Shown piece after piece: positions 57,633 to 64,000 of a stretch of 64,000 nucleotides of DNA (the first letter of the stretch is position 1; every line of letters starts with the position of its first letter). Location of the stretch: assembly GCA_965219385.1 (NCBI GenBank), contig CBDCNM010000002.1, positions 344,639 through 408,638 on the forward strand, in the 5' to 3' direction. The notes beneath the pieces were generated by a model that was given only the letters and a program-made list of their open reading frames with translations, was not told the origin of the DNA and did no database searches. The position numbers and the translations under genes are program-made. This stretch comes from Candidatus Latescibacterota bacterium. GTDB taxonomy: Bacteria > Latescibacterota > UBA2968 > UBA8231.

Positions 57633-59442
57633 TTCTTCTTCCTTTTGGATGCACTGCCGAGGTAGCAAAAGGATTTGCTTTATTCAGGGTGGGGAAGATA
57701 GCATTGTTTTGCAGCGCCATCAAGATGATTCGCTCTTACTGCTACCAGGGCAGCGCATAGGTGGGGCCGTTGACAAAGCGCTCCATGCCCAGGTCCAGCC
57801 GGACCTGCGCGCCTGGTTCGAGCCGCACCTGAAAGTATTTGTCGTCGATTTCCACCCTGGCCTCCTCGACCTGGGTGCCGACCATCTCCTTGTAGTGGTT
57901 TGCGTCCGCATGCCCCTGCCCCACCTCTGGGGCCCCCTGGCGCCGCTGGTACGAGACCTGGGTGAACCGGTGCTCGCCGAAAGCCCCTCCCTGCACCACC
58001 ACCTCGCGCGCTTGGGTGGCGCTCAGGTTCAAAAGCTGCACCACTGCCCGCCGGTCCTCCAGCTTTTCCACCAGGGCGGCCACGTCCCGGGGCAAACCCG
58101 GCCGCTGGCGCTGCCCGTCGAAGTAGCGCAGCCGCACCAGTAGCAGGCCGCCGTTGTACATGAACAACGGTCCCCCCATGGTCAGCTGGATCAACCCTTC
58201 CGCGGTGACCGGATTGCGCACTTGCAGGTACCAGTCGCCGTAGGTCGAAGGATCCTGGGTATCGTCGCGCATGAAGGCCAGACGCTGGTGGACCTGGGCG
58301 TGGTTGTGGCGCAGGATCTCTTCGGGGTAGTCGGGGTACTCGCCCTCCAGGAAGGCAGTCCAGGCCGCGTCGTGCCCGCCGCCGTGCTTGCTGAAGAAGG
58401 AGCGCACCTGGGGCCAATCGCGGGCTTCGTGGTGGCGCTGTTTCTTCAGCCGCGCCATGTCCGCCGCCGCCATGCTCATGCACCAGATATGGGTCATGTG
58501 GCGCGCCTCCATGGGGCTGAAGCCGTCCCAGCCGCGGTCGTTGTAAAAATGCGGCACGTGCAGGGTTTCGCCCCTGACCTGGCCGTTTTCCATCAACACG
58601 TCGACCTGGGAGCGCGGCAGGTCCAGGTAGCTGCGATCCCCGTAGAGCAGGACGGCGTTCTCGGCCGCGCTTATGGACGAATCGCTCAGGTGGTGCCAGC
58701 CGCTGGGCCAGGACCAGCCGTAGTTGCCTCCGTACCACTTGCCGTCCAGGTACTCGCCGATCTTGCCCGACAGCCCCACGTTGTCCGGCAGGATGCCGTT
58801 GTTCTTGCGGGTGCGCTCGATCCAGGCTTCGAGGTATTCTTTGACCCATTCTTTGTACTTGTCCTCGCCGCTGCACAGGTAGGCTTGGTCACCAGACTGG
58901 TCGCCGCCAGACTACAGGCCACATCCCCGCGCCCCTGGCGCTGGTTCATGACCTGGCCCATCTTCTCGGCCATGCCGGGTTTCTTGAGGTCTTCGGTGGT
59001 CTCGCAGCCGGGGATATCCAGAAAGGGCAAAGGCCAACCCTTCCAGAACTCGTATCCGTACACGCGTTGTTTTTCGAAGTTGCGGAAGGCCGGCCCCATG
59101 CTGCCCACGTGGGGGCATTTGAGCAGTTTTTTCTCTGCATCGTAGTTGAGGGCTTCCGGATCTTCGTTCAGGTAAAAGCCGGCGAACCTTTGAGCCCGCT
59201 CTACGTTGCCGCCGTTTCCCGGATCGGCCATGCACAGCAAATAGAAAAAGAGGTAGCCCTCTCCCTGGTGCATCCAGTCGTAGCCCTGCTCGTACTCCTT
59301 GACCACCATGGGATGGCCGTGACCACAGTCGTAGCGGGTGAACTGCCGCGTGATTCCATCGAAAGTCTTGTGGGAGTACTCCAGCAGTTTATCGTCGCCG
59401 CCGAGCAAGTACAACAGGGGCCAGTTGTGGAAGCTCTCATAG

Positions 59443-60966
59443 CAGGCCGTTGAAAAAGGCTGAAAAGTTCTGCTATATCAAAAATAGGCGACTTGGCATA
59501 CAAGTCTATTCTTTCTATTCTAGATTAGTAATAGCTGAAGGAGGTTGTTGTATGTCGATGAGCAAGCGTCGAGAAAGTCAGCAGCAGGAGATGTGGGTAC
59601 AGACCCATGACCTGCCCGAGGCGCCGGGGCATCCGTTTTATGCCCAACTCAATAAGCTGCTGGCATCGCATGGATTTGATGCCTTCGTGGAAGCGCGCTG
59701 CGCCCCCTATTATGCGGAGACCTTGGGACGACCCAGTATTGCCCCCGGGGTCTATTTCCGCATGCTCATGATCGGCTATTTCGAGGGCTTGGGCTCGGAG
59801 CGCGGCATGGACGGGCGGGTCGCCGATTCGCTGGCCTTGCGCCACTTTCTGGGCTACGCCTTGACCGAGACCACACCGGACCATTCGAGCCGGTCGCGCA
59901 TTCGTCAGCGCCTGCCGCTGGAGGTGCATCAGGAGGTCTTCAACTGGGTGCTGAAGGTGCTGGCCCAGGAAGGCCTGCTCAAGGGGAAGACAGTGGCGGT
60001 GGACGCCACCACGCTGGAGGCCAACGCCGCCCTGCGCCGCATCGTGCGGCGCGACAGTGGGGAAAGCTACCACACCTATCTGGAGGGGCTGGCCCAGGCC
60101 GAAGGCATCGAGACGCCGACGCGGCAGGATCTGGCCCAGCTCGACCAGAAGCGTGCGCACAAAGGCTCCAACCAGGACTGGCAACACCCCCATGACCCGG
60201 AGGCGCGCATTACCAAGATGAAAGACGGGCGTACCCACTTGGCGCACAAGGCGGAGCATACGATCGATCTGGACACCCAGGCCCTGGTAGCGATTCAGGT
60301 GTGCGGCGCTGACGAGGGCGATACGGCGTCTCTGCCCTGGAGTCTGCTGCAGGCCTCCATGAATCTGGAGGCGAGCCTGGTCGCCGAGGCGGCTCACAAA
60401 GGACGGCCGCCGCCGCCCGTGCTCACCGAAGTGGTAACGGACAAGGGCTATCACAGCAATTACACCGCCAAGACGTTGAAGCGCGCTCAGATCCGCAGCT
60501 ACCTTTCCGAACCCGGTCGCGGGCGCCGCCAGTGGAAGAATGATCCCCAGGCCAAGGCGGCCGTGTATGCCAATCGGCGTCGCATACGAGGGGTCCGTGG
60601 CCACGCCCTGCAACGGCTTCGCGCTGAGTACGCGGAACGCAGTTTCGCCCACGCTTATGAAACGGGGGGCCTGCGACGCACGTACCTGCGCAGTCAGGAC
60701 AAGATCTATAAACGCCGGTGTATTCATGGCGGCGCTTTTAATCTGGGGTTGGTGATGCGCAAAATCACCGGGAAGGGGACTCCGAGGGGTCTCCATGGCC
60801 TGATATCGGGCTTTTTCGTCGTTACTAACCGGCTCAAACGGGCTTGGGATCGCATTAGCAAAGGTCTGGGTGCTTTCGAGACCTTTGCTTGCAAATGGAG
60901 GTTCAAGATCGGTGCCGTCCTATCCCACAGTGCATTGTGCAAAAACCCTGGTTTTTCAACGGCCTG
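59443..60966 (+). mobile_element. IS1182-like insertion sequence, ATAG target duplication
   Basis: Perfect 15-bp IRs caggccgttgaaaaa / tttttcaacggcctg; ATAG at 59439-59442 and 60967-60970. Confidence 0.93.
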
Positions 60967-60967
60967 A
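59552..60967 (+). CDS. IS1182-like transposase
   Basis: GRPSIAPGVYFRML, PDHS, VDATTLEANA, DPEARI.KMK, DKGYHS, ERSFAH. Confidence 0.9.
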   Translation: MSMSKRRESQQQEMWVQTHDLPEAPGHPFYAQLNKLLASHGFDAFVEARCAPYYAETLGRPSIAPGVYFRMLMIGYFEGLGSERGMDGRVADSLALRHFLGYALTETTPDHSSRSRIRQRLPLEVHQEVFNWVLKVLAQEGLLKGKTVAVDATTLEANAALRRIVRRDSGESYHTYLEGLAQAEGIETPTRQDLAQLDQKRAHKGSNQDWQHPHDPEARITKMKDGRTHLAHKAEHTIDLDTQALVAIQVCGADEGDTASLPWSLLQASMNLEASLVAEAAHKGRPPPPVLTEVVTDKGYHSNYTAKTLKRAQIRSYLSEPGRGRRQWKNDPQAKAAVYANRRRIRGVRGHALQRLRAEYAERSFAHAYETGGLRRTYLRSQDKIYKRRCIHGGAFNLGLVMRKITGKGTPRGLHGLISGFFVVTNRLKRAWDRISKGLGAFETFACKWRFKIGAVLSHSALCKNPGFSTA

Positions 60968-61443
60968 TAGGCGTCGTCGAGGCCATCGATGCTGGAAAAG
61001 TCCTCGCTGGTGGGCCACATGATGGAGCCGTCCTGGTGCACGTAGTTTTCCATGACCGGCTCGACGGCGTCGTTTATCAGGTCGATCAGGCTGCGTTCGA
61101 GCAGGGCCCATGAAGGCGGTTCGATGAAAGGAGTGTCGGCGGTAATTGTTATCATGGCTGTGCCTTTCGTTTATCTAGCAGCCCGTCAATTTTGAGGCCT
61201 GCACCGGAGGGCCCGTCAGCCAACCCGTCAATCAGTAACAGGGTATACAATACTTCACCCCCTGACCGAAATCAAGCGAAAAATGCCCGCGTTGAAAAAG
61301 CTCCTGGCGCGCGAATTGGAAAGCCTAGGCCACCCCTGTCGCCTGCTTGACTGGCCCGGAAACAACCGGCATATTTATCTTATATAGACACTCGCCAACG
61401 CAACACCTTCTGAGATTCATCCAGGCGCGTGGACGGAGGGGAT

Positions 61444-61590
61444 ATGAAGCAGACCATTGAACGGCGCGAGGGCCCTCTGAGCAAAGCTGAGAAGCTCCGG
61501 CTGGCCGCGGAAACTTTCGAGGACTACTACACCGAGTGTTTCTGGTATTTGCGCAAAGATCTGCGCGTCGGCCCCGAGGAAGTACTCTTC
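61444..61590 (+). pseudogene. Truncated small hypothetical protein
   Basis: GGAGG RBS plus MKQ..LRLAAETFEDYYTECFWYLRKDL, then loses coding character just before the next gene. Confidence 0.45.
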
Positions 61591-61625
61591 TCCAATCATT
61601 CATCATTCCAAAGGAGGAAAATTCC

Positions 61626-62711
61626 ATGACGGAACGACGTTTCAAACGCCGATCCGCCCGCGACTTGGTCCGCGTCGGCGCGATCACCAGTCCCGGCGGC
61701 CACATCCACGGCATCTGGGGGGAGAAGATGAACCCCAGCGCCAACTTCATCCGCACCACCGGCATGGTTATGACCCACGTGTGGAGCATCCGCCCTGATT
61801 TCGCCCGGGGCCTAGAGGAGAAATTCCAGGATGTCCAGGCAGTGGATGACCCCCGGGACATGATCGGCCACATCGATGGGGTCTACATCGACGATGTCAC
61901 CGCCATTTCCCACTACCCCCTCTTCGCCCGCCCCTTCCTGGAGGCCGGCATCCCCACCTTTGTCAACCGCCCCTTTGCCACCTCCCTGGCCAAGGGCCGG
62001 GAAATGGTGGACACCGCCGCGGAACACGGCACCGCCTTGCTGACCGCCTCCACCTGGGAATTCTCCGAGAGCGTGGGCGAACTGAGCGCCAAGGCCGCGG
62101 ACCTGCCGGACATCAAGGGCTACGTGGCGCACAACTCCATGAGCGATTATTACTCCCATGGCCTCCACGGGGTCTGGTACATCCACGCGGTTCTGAGCGA
62201 CGAGATCAAGAAGGGGCGGGCGCGGCTTACGGGCGCCTCGTACCTCACCCCGAACTGGCGCACCCCCAACGGGCTCGTGGTCTACGAACACGAAGGCCCC
62301 AAGGGCCGCTACCACGGCGCCCTGCACCTGGTCTCCGGAGCCGACGGCAATGCCTACATGCGCATCTTCGGGGACCACAACGGCGATGCCGAAGGCCGCA
62401 TCCCCTCGCGCCCCGGACACTTCATGTACAATACCTGGAACGCGGCGCAACTGGCCATCCAGGAGATGTTCGAGACCGGCCAGTCCCCACAGACTGGGGA
62501 AGACCTGATGGAAAAGCTGACCATGTTTCTGCTGCCCTTCTACTCGGTCCTGGAGCGCAACGGCAACTTGGCGCGGCCCGAGGAGCTGGGCGACTGGGAA
62601 GTACCGCGCCCGTCCGAACCCTTGATGCACGACGGTCAGCCCACCGACAGCGCCTTCAATTTCCCCTATTCCGACGCCGAGATGGAGGAAGTAGAAAAAA
62701 AACTGGGTTAA
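61626..62711 (+). CDS. Gfo/Idh/MocA-like oxidoreductase (divergent)
   Basis: VRVGAI, GIPTFVNRPFA, SHGLHG. Confidence 0.75.
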   Translation: MTERRFKRRSARDLVRVGAITSPGGHIHGIWGEKMNPSANFIRTTGMVMTHVWSIRPDFARGLEEKFQDVQAVDDPRDMIGHIDGVYIDDVTAISHYPLFARPFLEAGIPTFVNRPFATSLAKGREMVDTAAEHGTALLTASTWEFSESVGELSAKAADLPDIKGYVAHNSMSDYYSHGLHGVWYIHAVLSDEIKKGRARLTGASYLTPNWRTPNGLVVYEHEGPKGRYHGALHLVSGADGNAYMRIFGDHNGDAEGRIPSRPGHFMYNTWNAAQLAIQEMFETGQSPQTGEDLMEKLTMFLLPFYSVLERNGNLARPEELGDWEVPRPSEPLMHDGQPTDSAFNFPYSDAEMEEVEKKLG

Positions 62712-62724
62712 AGCGGGCTGCGGC

Positions 62725-63777
62725 CTAGGCCTTCGGCGGCATGCGCCGTTCCTGCCGGACCCTGAACACCTGGTGACACACGAAGAGCGCCAGGATGAAA
62801 ATCGCCAGGGCGACCGCCTGGTGCAGGGAGGCCAGCGCCGCGGGCACGTGCAGCGCGACCGCGGCGACGCCCAGCACCACCTGGAGCAGGAGCAGATGCA
62901 GGATGCCGAGGACGCCGAGGCGCAGGGGTGGCAGGGCCGGTTCCCGGCGGAGTTGCACTGCCAGGGCCAGGGCCATTCCCAGGACGACAAACCCGAACCA
63001 GCGGTGCTGAAAGTGCACCATAGCGGGGTTTTCGAGCAGATTCGCGATCCAGGGTTGCATCCTCCACAACCCTTCCGGGACCCACTGCCCGAACATTTTG
63101 GGGAAGGTATCGGAGATGTAGCCGGCCTTGAGACCGGCGACCAGAGCGCCGGCGGCGATCTGGACACAAACCGCCAGCAAAAGAGCGACGGACAACCCTT
63201 TGAAGAGCGGCGATACACGGCCTTGCCCGGCGGCCGGCAGGGCAAGGCCGTACTCGAAGCCGTACCACAGGCACGCGGCCAGCAGGACCAGGGCACAGAG
63301 CAGGTGAAGCGTCAGCCGGTAGTGGCTCACGTGCGGCTGGTCCACCAGGCCGCTCTGGACCATGAACCACCCTACCAGCCCTTGCAGGGCAAAGAGGAAC
63401 CCGATACCCAGAAAAGCAGGCAGGCGGGACCGCGGTATGGCGCCCCGTGCGAGGAAGGCCAGCAACGGGATCACAAAGGCCAGGCCGGTCGCGCGTCCCA
63501 GGATGCGGTGGGTATACTCCCTGTAGTAAATGGTCTTGAAGTCCTCGAGGGACATGCCCCGGTTGATTTTTTTGTACTCCGGGGTCTGCTGGTAGCGGTG
63601 AAAGGTTTCGTCCCAGGCGTCCCCACTCATGGGTGGGACCACGCCCGTCACCACATGCCATTCGACCATGGAGAGCCCCGAACGGGTCAGACGCACCCAC
63701 CCTCCGTAGACCACCATGATCGCGATCAGACAACTCACGGCAAAAAGCCACAGGGCCACAGCTTTGTTGTGCTTCAT
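62725..63777 (-). CDS. ctaA: Heme A synthase COX15/CtaA
   Basis: GGWVRLTRSGLSMVEW, EYTHR..GR, QGLVGWFMVQSGL, VSHYRL..H, HFQHR, LHQ. Confidence 0.92.
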   Translation of the reverse strand: MKHNKAVALWLFAVSCLIAIMVVYGGWVRLTRSGLSMVEWHVVTGVVPPMSGDAWDETFHRYQQTPEYKKINRGMSLEDFKTIYYREYTHRILGRATGLAFVIPLLAFLARGAIPRSRLPAFLGIGFLFALQGLVGWFMVQSGLVDQPHVSHYRLTLHLLCALVLLAACLWYGFEYGLALPAAGQGRVSPLFKGLSVALLLAVCVQIAAGALVAGLKAGYISDTFPKMFGQWVPEGLWRMQPWIANLLENPAMVHFQHRWFGFVVLGMALALAVQLRREPALPPLRLGVLGILHLLLLQVVLGVAAVALHVPAALASLHQAVALAIFILALFVCHQVFRVRQERRMPPKA

Positions 63778-63788
63778 TGCGAGAAAAA

Positions 63789-63832
63789 TGGGTGGCGGGT
63801 GACAATTGGATGGCGGGTGACAATTGGATGGC
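63789..63832. repeat. 18-bp tandem repeat (~2.4 copies) upstream of ctaA
   Basis: tgggtggcgggtgacaat tggatggcgggtgacaat tggatggc. Confidence 0.8.
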
Positions 63833-64000
63833 CCGAGAATATACGATAAACCCACCAGTAACGCACGCGCACACCAACCGCACCGCTTGGCAGGATGCGG
63901 GGGGATTGAGCATATTCAGTACTGATTATTCATTAAAATTGCAAGAGCGCAAAACAATACACCGCCCTATGGAGAATATCCTCCCCTCCGCAATCGAAGC

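Larger units (their letters stand above)
57742..61155 (-). pseudogene. Uncharacterised protein paralog 3, interrupted by IS and a 1-bp deletion near 58885
   Basis: PPSWALLER; DDAY|ESFHNWPLLYLLGG rejoins on IS removal; PDNVGL; RNPVTAEGL; RYFD..RPGLP. Confidence 0.88.

Noticed and set aside
61180..61232. Three cccgtca repeats upstream of paralog 3
   Set aside because: Short and irregularly spaced; could be chance in GC-rich DNA
1..64000. CRISPR array, cas genes, rRNA, riboswitch
   Set aside because: No regularly spaced repeat-spacer array or recognisable motifs seen; the MITE copies are kilobases apart
48782..64000. Genomic island integrated at tRNA-Arg
   Set aside because: No integrase and no duplicated tRNA 3' end noticed in the window

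Overview
GC-rich bacterial chromosomal window. The FlgD-Ig-type C-terminal domain, the 'SAVESVTWSRIKATF' C-terminal motif and the expanded catabolic paralogs suggest an FCB-group organism such as Latescibacterota, possibly invertebrate-associated (inference). Housekeeping content is a block of tRNA-His, rfaE2, cpoB, an uncharacterised gene, bamD, nadD, thrC and tRNA-Arg, plus guaB, cnoX/ybbN and ctaA elsewhere. Around it lie many sugar-acid and organic catabolism genes: Gfo/Idh/MocA, enolase-superfamily, HpcH aldolases, FGGY kinase, BNR propellers, sulfatase, phnA and PhyH. Gene decay is heavy: IS4-, IS5-, IS701-, IS3- and IS1182-type elements or remnants, a ~200-bp MITE-like family, many gene stubs and several frameshifts. 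The most notable items are (i) a secreted Cys-rich defensin-like peptide, (ii) an HpcH aldolase with a microcompartment encapsulation-peptide-like N-terminus, (iii) three paralogs of a ~610-640 aa uncharacterised protein, two next to signal-less BNR propellers, (iv) a PliI invertebrate-lysozyme inhibitor, (v) an attC-like hairpin in a lower-GC IS-riddled island, and (vi) Thr-type sulfatase and HxG-type PhyH active-site variants. No CRISPR array or rRNA was seen. All assignments come from motif recognition by eye; no searches were run.
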